Source: Stegostoma tigrinum (lineage: Eukaryota). Taken from it: a DNA stretch of 64,000 nucleotides. The stretch lies in contig NC_081362.1 of the NCBI RefSeq assembly GCF_030684315.1, positions 96,207,187 to 96,271,186 on the forward strand, given 5' to 3'. Below the pieces are notes generated by a model that had not been told where the DNA came from, did no database searches, and saw only the letters and a list, made by a program, of their open reading frames with translations. A program made the position numbers and the translations under genes. Within the stretch, counting starts at the first letter, position 1; each line of letters opens with the position of its first letter. Below are positions 1-11,693 of the stretch, piece after piece.

Positions 1-1480
1 TAATCCAAGTCATTCATATGTATCGTTAATAATTATGGCCCCAGCACTGACCCCGTGACACGCCAATAGCTTCAGGGTGCCATCCTGAAAATGCCCTCTT
101 TGTCATCACTCTCTGTCTTCTATTAGTTAGCCAATTCTCTTTCCATACTCATACACTACCTTCAACACCATGGGTCTCTTATGGAGTAGCCTAATGTGTG
201 GGACATGATCAAATGTGATCTGAAAACACCCAGATATTACATCCACGGCTTAATCTTTTACTAAAGGTAAAATGCTGCAGCTGATGGAAACCTGAAGCAA
301 ACACAGAATGCAGTAGAAAGTCAACAGTTCTGGCAATATCTATAGAAAGAGAAACAGAGTGAACATTTCATTTTCGATCTGACTCTTCTTCAATCTCTTT
401 GTTAAGTTGTAATAGTGCCATTACTTTGTTCTGAATATGATGCACGTTCAAGTAAAGAGTCATTAACTTAGCCTTTTTCACATTATTTCCCCCGGTGACC
501 GTGTATACTGTAGTTTTTCTGTGCGGTATCCTCTGCCCTTTCCTGTCCCTCTCTGGGTATTCTTATCCAAATAGCTGCCTGTAATGCTGCTGTGTCCTTT
601 TGTTTTGTCAGCCTCCAGACCCTTTCTCCCAAACCCTGCTTCCTTTAATTAGTTTACAGCCCTCTCTACAGCCCTAGTTATTCAATTGACCAGGACACTG
701 GTCCCAGCACGGTTCAAGTGAAACCTATCCCAAAAGAACAGCTCCCTTTTAACACAGTACTAGTGCCACTCCCATATGAATCAAAACCCATTCCACCCAG
801 ACCGAACTGAGCCACGTATTTCAGAGATAATGGGAACTGCAGATGCTGGAGAATCCAAGATAACAAAGTGTGAAGCTGAATGAATACATCAGGCCAAGCA
901 GCATCTCAGGAGCACAAAAGCTGACGTTTCGGGCCTAGACCTTTTATCAGACCCCGAAACGTCAGCTTTTGTGCTCCTGAGATGCTGCTTGGCCTGACGT
1001 GTTCATCCAGCTCCACACTTTGTTATCTGAGCCACGTATTTAACTGCTGGACTGTTTTTTACTTAATGCCAGTTTGCTTGTGGCTAAGGAAGTAATCCAA
1101 AGATTCTTATTCTGGAGATTCTGTTTTAAAATTTATCTCTGAACTTTCAAAGTCTTTCAATGAAACATCCTTTCTTGTACTCGCAATGTCATTGGCCCCA
1201 AGGTGGGCCATTATGATTGGATTCTTCTCCTCCCTCTCCGAGTTCTTCTCCAGGCCCGAGGAGATATCCTTTACCCTGGCACTGGGCAGGCAGCACATGT
1301 CTTTAGACAGCAGGATCTATCCCCCTCATTTTACTGTGCCCTCCCACAATGATGTTCTTCATTATTGTCCCGACCTGACTCACTCTCTTTCCCATGGTGT
1401 CATGGACAATTTGCTCATTCTCCCTACACTCTGACTCAGAAGAACCTTATAACTGCTGGATAACTGCAGGAGCTGAGGCT
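1..1480 (-). mobile_element. Degraded CR1/L2-clade LINE remnants including an ORF1 SGNH-esterase fragment
   Basis: ORF 1107..1298(-) reads CLPSARVKDIS...PIIMAHLGANDIA, like the esterase domain of CR1-type ORF1; 1-240 resembles the reverse strand of a decayed RT region. Confidence 0.55.
822..1026. mobile_element. Short palindromic non-autonomous Penelope (Neptune-like) derivative
   Basis: Inverted arms match the terminus of the Penelope element at 4117-4205; flanked by 15-bp direct repeat ctgagccacgtattt (807-821, 1027-1041). Confidence 0.8.
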
Positions 1481-2649
1481 TATTGTCCTCAGACTTGAGG
1501 TGTTCTGGAACAGCCAGGTTTTAACGTGTGTCAGTCCTGTTCGTCCTTCAGCACCATCTCACTCCTGTCATCACTTGTCCAGCAGCATCACCTTTGGAGG
1601 TCTCTCTGCTGATTGAAATGATACTTCTTGAGCATTCTTCATTTACGATCTCTCCATCATCATTCATTGTGATGGATTGGCTGTGACCCAGGGACATTAA
1701 CCAGTGTTTCTCATCAGCTCATCTACAGTGACAAAATAGTGGTACATTGGAGTTAGGAGGTGCACGTTTGTATGATTTTACCCTGTGAATAAAGATAAGG
1801 TTCATTAAAAATTATCTCCGGTGTTTCTGGATATGCGGATTAAAATACTCTAGTTCTACCTTCTTTGGCCTGATCACTGCACTCTGAAAATGAACCTCTC
1901 ATCCTTTGTATCTCTTGTCTGCCCTTTCATTCCTTAAGAAGCTCCTTACAATCTAATTAATGGTCAGTTCATTGATTTTAGTGACAGTGTTTGAAGGACA
2001 GTCAAAGAATCAATGGAACAAAAACAGAAAATGTTGGGGTCCTGATGAAGAGTCACTGGACTCAAAACATTAACTGGCTTCTTCCCACTGATGCTGCTCG
2101 ACCTGGTGAATTTCTCTAGCAATTTCTGTTTGTATTTCAGATGTGCAGCACCTGCAGTTATTTGTTTTATAATAGAATCAGTAGGGTGGGTGAGGGGCTT
2201 AATGATGAAATCTTCTCATGGAGATGAGGACATGGAGGAGAAAATAGATGTTCCTGTTGCACTTTCACTACAGAAGAGGAAGCTGATACTGGAAAAGTGT
2301 ACATGAGGTAAGGTATTGACTGAGATCCAGGAGGAGGTGCTCAAAGTGGGAGGCAGTGACACAGAGAGAATGATGTTATCATCCATTTCTACCTAATCTA
2401 TTTTCTGCTCATTTCGGTCTGTCTGCTCCATCTCCTTTTAGCTCAACTTCTGATCTCACAATTTCATCTTCCATGACAGGAAACAATTCCTCTGCAGGCT
2501 GTGAATCGGATCCTTTTTTCACTCTCACTGTTTGAATTCCTGAGGCTTGTGTTTCCTCACAATTTTTGGATGGTTCCAACTTTGCAATAGAGGAACTTGA
2601 GGGTTTCATTTCCCATTCCAGTGAACCACTTCCCCACTAGCTCCAGCTT

Positions 2650-2945
2650 GGTTGTTCAGTGGTTAGCACTGCTGCCTCACTGCATGTGGCGCCTGGGTTC
2701 GATTCTATTCTTGTGCAACTGTCTGTGTTGAGTTTGCACATTCTCCCTGTGTCTGCATGGGTTTCCTCCAGGTTCTTTGGTTTTCTCCCACAGTCCAAAA
2801 GATGTGCAGGCTACGTGGTTTGGCCATGCCTGTAGCATTTCAGGGATGTGTAGATTAGGCAGATTATAGGGAGAATGGGTCTGGGTGGGATGCTCCTACA
2901 GTCAGTGAGGACCCAAAGGGCCTATTTCCACACTGTCGCGATTCA
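2650..2945 (+). mobile_element. HE1-like V-SINE (tRNA-derived)
   Basis: Head cagtggttagcactgctgcctcac...ggttcgattc (A/B boxes) followed by V-domain core gagtttgcacattctccctgtgtctgc. Confidence 0.8.
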
Positions 2946-3329
2946 ATGATTCTAAGAAACTGAGTTCAATGGCTTATCAACACAAGGAGATAGCTGGTGT
3001 TTGTGACAGCAGCAGACAGTCGAAAAAAGCTGTAGAAGCAACCACAGTATGTCTGGCTTTAGAAACTCAAAGTCCTCAACCTAGTGAACAATTCAGAAAC
3101 AGCTTGTGGAAAGCACAGAATCTCTCAATTACACGACAAGGGGAACAATCTGAAACATTAATTTGGGGTAAAGCAGTTACTATCTGACACACAAAGTAAG
3201 ATGAACCCCTTTGCCGACGGGTGGAAATTCCTACATTAAAGAAATAACTCTAGTCTGAGAAGCTAAAAGAAGCCATAAATCACTATGTTTACTCAACAAG
3301 CAACATTGTATTCATTGAAACTTGCCTGA

Positions 3330-4110
3330 AAAAGTCCATCATCAACAGGGCTGTGCTCCGAAATTTAACTTGTCAGACCTCAGCTCTGTGGTCCTGTCAC
3401 ATCCAGTCATGAATGATGGTGGACAATGAAATATCTAACAGGAAGGGCATACTCCAGAAATATTCCCTCCATCAAAATGATGGAGGAGTCCAGCACATCA
3501 CTGTTAAAGATCTGTGCTCCAATTCAAGCTGTTCCATGACAGCCACAACACTAGTAGCTGCCTGACAATGTGGGAAATTGCCCAGGTATATCCTATCAAC
3601 TAAAAGCAGGGTTAATCCCGCCCAATGAATTATTGCCCCATCATTCTACTCTGCAACATCAGTAGAGTAGTACAAGAGGTTACCAAGCAGCACATGCTTC
3701 AGATTAACCTTTTCACTAATGCTGAGCTTGGGCTCAACAAGGGCCAATTGGGCCCTGACATTTTTGCAGCCTTGTTCCCAACATCGAAAATAGAGCTGAC
3801 CTCAAAAACTGAGGCGAGAGTAACTCACCCCCTGACTGTTTGAAACATGACCACCATCTACAAGGCACAAATCAGGAGTGTGATAGAATACTCCCAACTT
3901 GCCTGGATGGGTGCAGATCCAACAACACTCAAGAAGGCTGACATCCAGTACAAAGCTGCCACTTCATTGATACCCCGTCTATTATTTTTACATTCATCCC
4001 CTTGCCCACTGATGTACAGGAACAGTGGTGTTAATCTGTAAGAGGTACCGTAGGAGCTTCTTAAGGCACCTGCAACAACATCATCCAAACACATGGACAA
4101 TTCCATCTAA
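3330..4110 (+). mobile_element. Degraded CR1/L2-clade LINE RT fragments
   Basis: Fragments NYCPIILLCNIS and TIYKAQIRSVIEYSQLAWMGA; the same family recurs at about 35950-36310, 39160-39690 and 60950-62050. Confidence 0.6.
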
Positions 4111-4116
4111 AAAGCA

Positions 4117-7100
4117 AAGTGTGGAGCTGGGTGAACACAGCAGGCCAAGCAGCATCTCAGGAGCACAAAAGCTGACGTTTCGGGCCTAGACCCTTCATCA
4201 GAGAGGGGGATAGTGTGAGGGTTCTGGAATAAATAGGGAGAGAGGGGGATGCGGACTGAAGATGGAGGGAAAAGAAGATAGGTGGAAAGGAGAGTATAGG
4301 TGGGGAGATAGGGAGGGGATAGGTCAGTCCAGGGAAGACGGACAGGTCAAGGAGGTGGGATGAGGTTAGTATATAGTAAATGGAGGTGTGGTTTGAGGTG
4401 GGAGAAGGGATGGGTGAGACAAAGAACAGGTTAGGGAAGCAGAGGCAGGCGGGGCTGCTTTTGGGATGCAGTGGTGGGAGGGGACGAGCTGGGCTGGTTT
4501 TGTGATGCAGTGGGAGGAGGGGAAGAACTGGGCTGGTTTGGGGATGCAGTAGAGGAAGCGAAGATTTTGAAGCTGGTGAAGTCCACATTGATACCATTGG
4601 GCTGCAGGGTTCTCAAGCGGAATATGAGTTGCTGTTCCTGCAACCTTCAGGTGGCATCATTGTGGCACTGCAGGAGGCCCAAGATGGACATATCGTCTGA
4701 GGAATGGGAGGGGGAGTTAAAATGGTTCGCAACTGCGAGGTGCAGTTGTTTACTGCGAACCGAGCAGAGGTGTTCTGCAAAGCGGTCCCCAAGCTTCCGC
4801 TTGGTTTCCCCAATGTAGAGGAAGTCACACCGGGTACAATGGATACAGCATACTACATTGGCAGATGTGCAGGTGAACATCTGCTTAATATGGAAGGTCA
4901 TCTTGTGGCCTGGGATGGGGGTGAGGGAGGAGGTGTGGGGGCAAGTGTAGCACTTCCTGTGGTTGCAGGGGAAGGTGCTGGGTGTGGTGGGGTTGGAGGG
5001 GAGTGTGGAGCAGACAATGGAGTCACAGATAGAGTGGTCTCTCCGGAAGGCAGACAAGGGTGGGGATGGAAAAATGTCTTGGGTGGTGGGGTCAGATTGT
5101 AGATGGCGGAAGTGTCGGAGGATGATACATTGTATCCAGAGGTTGGTGGGGTGGTATGTCAGAACAAGGGCGATCCTCTGGGGGCGGTTGTGGCGGGGGC
5201 AGGGTGTGAGGGATGTGTTGCAGGAAATGTGGGAGACGTGGTCAAGGGCGTTCTCGACTACTGCGGCGGGGTGGGGGGGGGGAGCGGAATTTGCGGTCCT
5301 TGAAGAACGTGGACATCTGGGATGTGCAGGAGTGGAATGCCTTATCCTGGGAGCAGATGCGGAGGAATTGGGAATAGGGGAGGGAATTTTTGCAGGAGGG
5401 TGGGTGGGAGGAGGTGAATTCTAGGTAGCTGTGGGAGTCAGTGGGCTTGAAATGGACATCAGTTTCTAGCTGGTTACCGGAAATGGAGACTGAGAGGTCC
5501 AGGAAGCTGAGGGATGTGTTGGAGATGGCCCAGGTGAACTTGAGGTTGGGGTGGAAGGTGTTGGTGAAGTGGATGAACTGTTCAAGCTCCTCTGGGCAGC
5601 AAGAGGCGGCGCCTATACAGTCATCAATGTACCGGAGGAAGTGGTGGGGTTTGGGGCCTGTGTAGGAGCGGTAGAGGGACTGTTCCACATAACCTACAAA
5701 GAGGCAGGCATAGCTTGGGCCCATGCGGGTACCCATGGCCACCCACTTTGTCTGTAGGAAGTGGGAGGAATCGAAAGAGAAGTTGTTGAGGGTGAGGACG
5801 AGTTCGGCTGGACGGATGAGGGTGTCGGAGGAGGGGGATTGGTTGGGCCTGCGGGACAGGAAGAAGCGGAGGGCCTTGAGGCCATCTGCATGCGGAATAC
5901 AGTTGTATAGGGACTGGACGTCCATGGTGAAAATGAGGTGTTGGGGGCCAGGGAATTGGAAGTTCTGGAGGAGGTGGAGGGCGTGGGTGATGTCACGGAC
6001 GTAGGTGGGGAGTTCTTGGGCCAAAGGGGAGAAAATGGAGTCTAGATAGGTGGAGATGAGTTCGGTGGGGCAGGAACAGGCTGAGACAATGAGTCAACCA
6101 GGGCAGGCAGGTTTGTGGATTTTGGGAAGGAGATAGAAATGGGCCGTGCGGGGTTGGGGAACAATAAGGTTGGAGGCTGTGGGTTGGAGGTCCCCTGAGG
6201 TGATGAGGTCATGAATGGTGTTGGAGATGATGGTTTGGTGCTTGGGGGGTGGGGTCATGATCGAGGGGGCGGTAGGAGGAGGTGTCGGAGAGTTGGTGTT
6301 TGGCCTCGGCGACGTAGAGGTCAGTACGCCATACTACCACTGCGCCTCCCTTGTCTGCGGGTTTGATGGTGAGGTTGGGGTTGGAGCGGAGGGAGCGGAG
6401 GGCTGCCCGTTCTGCAGGGGAGAGGTTGGAGTGGGTGAGAGGGGTGGAGAGGTTGAGGCGGTTAATGTCTCGACAGCAGTTGGAGATGAAGGGGTCAAGG
6501 GAGGGTAGGAGGCCTGGGGGTGGTGTCCTGGAGGAGGACTTGTGTTGGAAGCGGGTGAAGGGGTCAGTGGAGGGAGGGTTAGGCTCCCGGTTAGATAAGG
6601 AAGCGTGGAGGCGAAGACGGCGGAAAAACTGCTCGATGTCCAAACGTGACTGGTATTCGGTGATGTGTGGGTGGAGGGGGACAAAGGTGAGCCCCTTGCT
6701 TAGGACTGACCGTTCGTCCTCAGTCAGTGGGAGGTCTGGGGGGATGGTGAAGATTCGGCAGGGCTCAGTGTGGCTGTCTTCTCCAGGGTTGCTAGCTGTG
6801 GAGGTTGTGAGCTTGAGCGATTAGGTCATCGGCTGTGGGCGGGGTTCCGTCAGCGTCGGCCGTGGGCGGCGTTCCATCAGCGTCAGCTGTGGGTGGGGTT
6901 CCGTTGGCTGTGGGCGGAGTGGGGTGGGTGGCAGCAGCAGCGGTGAGGGTGATGTGCGTGGTGTTATGACTGGAAGTGGAGGCGGTGACTGTAGTAGCGG
7001 TCCCGAAAGTGGTGTGCTCGGCCGTGGTGGATGTGACGTCATCAGTGGGTCACCGGCCATGTCTTCATGGTCAATGGTGGCAGGTGCATGATGGGGGAGG

Positions 7101-7654
7101 GGCAGGGACAGGCTGGGGATTTGGGAGGTGCAGGAATCCTTTTTAAGGTGGCAGGAGCCAGTGAGTTTGTTGTACTGACGATTTTTGGTGTCCAGTAAAG
7201 CTGAGTAGAATTGAGTGTTCAGTCTATGGATCCTGCGGAGGATAAAAAACAGGAGAGGTCCTTTGCAGGTCTGGGAGGGGGAGGCTCTGAGCTGGGGAAG
7301 GCTGGATTGCAGTGCCTGGAGATTCCAGCGCATGGCTGTGAGTGTGTGTTTGAGGACTCGCAGGGAGAAATGCTTCTGAAAGGTCTGAATGTTCTGGGTG
7401 TAGAGGTGGTCACGGTTGGGGCCAAATTGGGAAGCCTTGAATGTAGACTGTAGTCTATTGGCGATCATCCGGTTCTGTAGGCAGGTGCTGAGGAAGGCGA
7501 TGTGACTGTGGCACCTGGTTTGCTTCAGGACATGGTCGAGTAGTTCTAAGGCTGAAGAGATTACAAGAGAGTAGCAGTGGGAGAGAGGTTCCCTGAGGTT
7601 GGTCCGGAGGGAGGAGGGTGACATCTTCAGGTTAGGCATCCCTGGAAGAACCAT
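4117..7654 (-). mobile_element. Near full-length Penelope-like retroelement (Neptune-like), ORF disrupted
   Basis: Collinear ORF pieces: N-terminus 6821..7654, IKPADKGG 6209..6643, RT 5242..6024 (FTMDVQSLY, AMGTRMGPSYA, RYIDD), Cys-rich linker PCNHRKCYTC and GIY-YIG endonuclease (LYIGETKRKLGDRFAEH) 4647..5057; pyrimidine-rich tail and hammerhead motif at the 3' end. Confidence 0.92.
4171..4205 (-). ncRNA. Minimal hammerhead ribozyme motif of Penelope terminus
   Basis: Minus strand reads ct-CTGATGA-a-GGG-tctagg-CCC-GAAA-C-GTC-ag: catalytic core, stem II, palindromic ACGT stem III and GUC cleavage triplet. Confidence 0.75.
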
Positions 7655-8271
7655 TTCACATGTCCATCATGGTTGACTAATGATTTAGGTGAGAGAACTA
7701 AAGTGATATCTCTAAGTTTGCAGACGATACATAACTGGGTGGGATGGGGAGCTGTGAGGAGGATACCGAGATGCTTCCATATAAATTGGACATGTTAACC
7801 GAGTGGGCAAATGCATGGCAGACACAGGATAATGTGGATAAATGTGAAGTTACACCTCATTTCCTGTGTAAGACATGGTTTGGCCACCTTTCCAAATTTA
7901 CTTGGGCATCAGGTGGCAGTACTTGTGGTGAAGATCCTGTATCCAGGGAATGGAGGCAGATGCTCTCCATATTCACTCAGTTTGACCCCTTGGAACCTGT
8001 GCATAGGCTTCATGTGCTGAGGCTGCAGAGGCTGTATCTCTGTCGAGTTTTGAGGAAATCCTGTCCCTTTAAATACAGCTTGGCTTCCTTTTCTAATGCA
8101 GCAGAACTTCCCAGTTCCAATCGTCAAATTTGCTGTGCATTGTGAGAAAGCCTCTCCCAATATGAATAGTCCAGGGAAGAGAATTGCAGCATGAGGCAAG
8201 TTAGCTTGTTTCAGACAGAGGTTTGACAGTGTGAGCTCAACAAGTCACTGGAACAGCAACATCTGTATTGT

Positions 8272-8463
8272 ATCAGAGATAATGGGAACTGCAGATGCTG
8301 GAGAATCCAAGATAATAAAGTGTGAAGCTGGATGAACACAGCAGGCCAAGCAGCATCTCAGGAGCACAAAAGCTGACGAGATGAAGGGTCTAGGCCCGAA
8401 ACATCAGCTTTTGTGCTCCTGAGATGCTGCTTGGCCTGCTGTGTTCATCCAGCTTCACACTTT
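8272..8463. mobile_element. Short palindromic Penelope derivative
   Basis: Same family as 822-1026; 14-bp TSD aacatctgtattgt (8258-8271, 8464-8477). Confidence 0.8.
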
Positions 8464-8657
8464 AACATCTGTATTGTTGTTCCCAGCACACAGTGACTGA
8501 TAGCCAGGATAACAGTAAGGAGCAAACAATCACAACTGGTTCAATCTGACAACCTGTTCCCTCTCTTTAATGTCGGACTCAGATGCTGAGAGAGTCCCTT
8601 TAAATCCTGAAAGGGGTTTAAAACAATCAGACAGCTCTTGATTTTTTTTTTTTGAAA

Positions 8658-8988
8658 ATGCAAATGCCCCAGGCCTTCTCCAGTCTCTGATCCTGGAACG
8701 TGTCACCAAGGGTCACACTGCCCGGTTAGAGTGCACAGTGAGGAATGCCACAGTGATACGTACTGATGTTCATTGGTATCCAAAGCAACTAGGACATGAC
8801 AGAGAGTATATTTTGGAACATTACAAATAGAATTCAGGATTCACTGAACATTTTTAGCCTTCCAGTGACCCGTCCAGTAACAGCTTCATTCTGATCTTGA
8901 TAAATGTACAGCCCAGTAACACTGGGGTATACTGTTGCTCCAGTTTGAGAAAGGTTTAATGAGTGAGGAAGGCAGATCATTGTAAACA
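8658..8988 (+). pseudogene. V1: pseudogenised germline-joined VJ Ig V-set exon
   Basis: Manual translation ANAPGLLQSLILERVTKGHTARLECTVRNATVIRTDVHWY...SGFTEHF*PSSDPSSNSFILILINVQPSNTGVYCC; B-strand Cys, C-strand Trp and F-strand Cys present; in-frame stops, frameshift in the J part, acceptor AG changed to AA, GTAAGT donor at 8989. Confidence 0.88.
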
Positions 8989-10179
8989 GTAAGTAAAATT
9001 ATATGACAATCACCTCTAACAATAACCTCTTGCCCAATGAATGAATTGGAGATCAGTTTGTGATCAAGAAGGTTATGGAGATGATGGACAGTAATCTTGG
9101 GAATAGATCCACTGTGGGGAGGAAGCTGCGGTCAGGTTCAGTAATTCCCCAAAGTTATCTCTCTCTGGGTTACGTCTCAGAGGGTATCTATGTGGGTTAG
9201 TGTCATGGGGCTATTTGCTGAGGATGATGTTTCCTTTTCACTGTGTCCTCGTATTGGATAGACATTTGGAGAAAGTGGAAACAGCCTTGTGATGATTGGA
9301 GGAGATGGAGGACCAGTGCAGTGGTGGGGCAGATAGAAATGTTGAGCAGGTTTCTGAGGGTGAAATGATGACGGTGAGGTGCTCGGCAATGGTGCCCTGG
9401 GCACACAGCAGAGATGGTCAGAGTCTGAAGGAGAAAGCATTGGTGTTGGGAGGAAGCTGATGATGGGAGCAGTCAGAGAGGAACCCTGAGAGACCAATGC
9501 TGGGACCTGCATTGTGTCCCCAAGATTTTCCAACAGAAAGGTGGACTCATTGGCATTCAAAGGATTGGAGAGGTGAGGGGATCAGTGGAGGGAGAAACAA
9601 GTGAGATGCGCAATCATACCGAGATCAGTTATGATGGTGATCAGTGGGTGCTCAGTGTTGGGCCTGAGAGTGAATCTGGATTCCAGGATCTGGGAATGAG
9701 TAGGAGCTGGCTCCCCATTTGCTAGAGGCAAGATTCGCTAAGATGCTGCTTGGCCTGCTATGTTCATCCAGCTCCACACCTTGTTGTCTCAAATTCTCCA
9801 GCATCTGCAGCTCCCATTATCTAAGATGCAGTCAGATGTCTTCTCTGGATTGTGGCATCAGAGGGACTCCATGTGGTGCTGCTGATTGGCCTGGGAAGGA
9901 GCATTGTTGATTGGAGGGGCTTCATGCCCACAACTCCCTCACGCAAGCAGTCGGCCATTTGAATCAATTTTCTGATATTTCATCAATTTTCTTAAGAAGC
10001 AATTGTTTCAATATGATACATTAATGACACAGATAAAGAAGGTTTCCATCTGTGACAGTGGGGGTGATTCACTGGGACAAGAAGTAAAACAGGGTGTCAG
10101 AGCAGTGTGTTTCAGTGTCATTACCAAGGCAGGGGTGGGGTGGGGTGTGGGGAGGTGGGTCCTGCTCTCTATATTTGGA

Positions 10180-10545
10180 ACATAGAACATGGAACATGGA
10201 GCAGTGCAGCAGAGGAGCAGGGCTTCTGTCCACCATATCAATGTCAACCATGATGCTATTCTAAATAAATCCCAAATGGATGTTCATGATCCATAGCCCT
10301 GTATTCCCTACCTGTTCATGTGTCTGTCCAAATGCCTCTTAAATGTCGTTTTTGTGTCTGTTTCTATAACCTCCCCTGGCAGTGCATTCGAAGGCACCTA
10401 CCACGCCCCATGTAAAAAAACTTTGCTCACCTGATCTTTAAACTTGTCCCTCTCACCCTAAACCTACGCACCTCCCCGTATTTGAGTTTTCCAGCCTGGG
10501 ACAAAGACTCTGTTTATCAACCTGATCCATTCCTCTCATAATTTC
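10180..10545 (-). mobile_element. CR1 LINE 3' fragment
   Basis: catagaacat-type tail and CR1-like 3' region in reverse orientation. Confidence 0.6.
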
Positions 10546-10867
10546 ATGGAGGATTTGGAGACAGTACAAAAGATGTCTAAGTTAATGTAAATTAGCTATG
10601 AGGCAAGATTAGACAAACTTGGATTGTTTTAGCAGGAGTCTTGGATGCTGAGAGACAACCTGATAGAAGTGTGTGAGACAGATGGCAGGATTGGTTGAGA
10701 TACGGTGTTCGGGGGTTGATGAATGAAGTGGGATTGTCAGAAGCTGGATCCTGAGTCTCTGAGCAGCTTTTGGACACAAGGTCAGTTGGTAATTGGGCAG
10801 TACCCAACCTGAGTGAATTCTCAGGGGCTCTGTGCATCAGAGGTGAAGTATCATCATAGAATCCCTG

Positions 10868-11058
10868 ATAACAAGGTGTAGAGCTGGATGAACACAGCAG
10901 GCCAAGAGCATCTTAGGAGCAGGAAAGCTGGCATTTCGGGTCAAGACCTGAAACATCAGACTTCCTGCTCCTCAGATGCTGCTTGGCCTGCTGTGTTCAT
11001 CCAGCTCTACGCCTTGTTATCTCAGATCTCCAGCATCTGCAGTTCCTATTATTTCTAC
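10868..11058. mobile_element. Short palindromic Penelope derivative
   Basis: Inverted arms gatgaacacagcaggccaag / cttggcctgctgtgttcatc; 13-bp TSD catagaatccctg (10855-10867, 11059-11071). Confidence 0.75.
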
Positions 11059-11338
11059 CATAGAATCCCTGCAGTGTGGAAGGAGGCTAAAATGTCAATG
11101 AACTTCTGAACAGAGTTAAGAAATATTGTTTTATACACTGTTTATTTAATTTTTTGGTTTATATTGATGGATCTTGTTTGATTTGAATCAGTCATAATTG
11201 CAGACCAATGATGTAGTACACAACCTGTTCTTTCTGTTTAATTCAAAACTCTTGCCACCTTATCAAATCCTTTCAATACATTGTTGCAGAGAATCTGCTC
11301 TTGTGGAGATAAATTCATTGTTGTCTTTTTCTTTAAAG

Positions 11339-11693
11339 GTACCACTGGTTCAGTCCTTCTACAGTCTCTGAGCCTAGAACGTGTCACCGAGGGTCACACT
11401 GCCTGGCTACAGCGCACAATGAGTACAGTGTACCAATATAACAGTGACACACACAGATGTTCACAGGCACTGGCTGTGCCTGGAGCAAATTATGAAGCAG
11501 ATTTTAACACATCCAAGAATTGGGTCCACTCAATGGAGACCAGGATTCACTGAGTCATTCCAGCTTTCCAGAGACCCCTCCAGCAACAGAGTCATTGTGA
11601 CCATCACAAATGTGCAGCCCAGTGACACTGGGGTCTATTATTGCTCAGTGCAGGGAAGGATCAATGGGAGAGGAAGCCTGCTCAATATCACCT
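11339..11693 (+). pseudogene. V2: pseudogenised germline-joined VJ Ig V-set exon
   Basis: Polypyrimidine tract plus AG at 11337-38 and GTAAGT at 11694. Reads GTTGSVLLQSLSLERVTEGHTAWLQ(R)T, then after a 10-nt insertion TDVH(R)...WRPGFTESFQLSRDPSSNRVIVTITNVQPSDTGVYYCSVQGRINGRGSLLNIT. Canonical Cys and Trp changed to Arg; DTGVYYC and the J-like GxGS-LNIT are contiguous. Confidence 0.92.

Noticed and set aside
8485-8760. CACAGTG heptamers near and inside V1 as recombination signals
   Set aside because: No ACAAAAACC-like nonamer at 12 or 23 bp, and none lies at the 3' end of a V; the J-like part is already joined.
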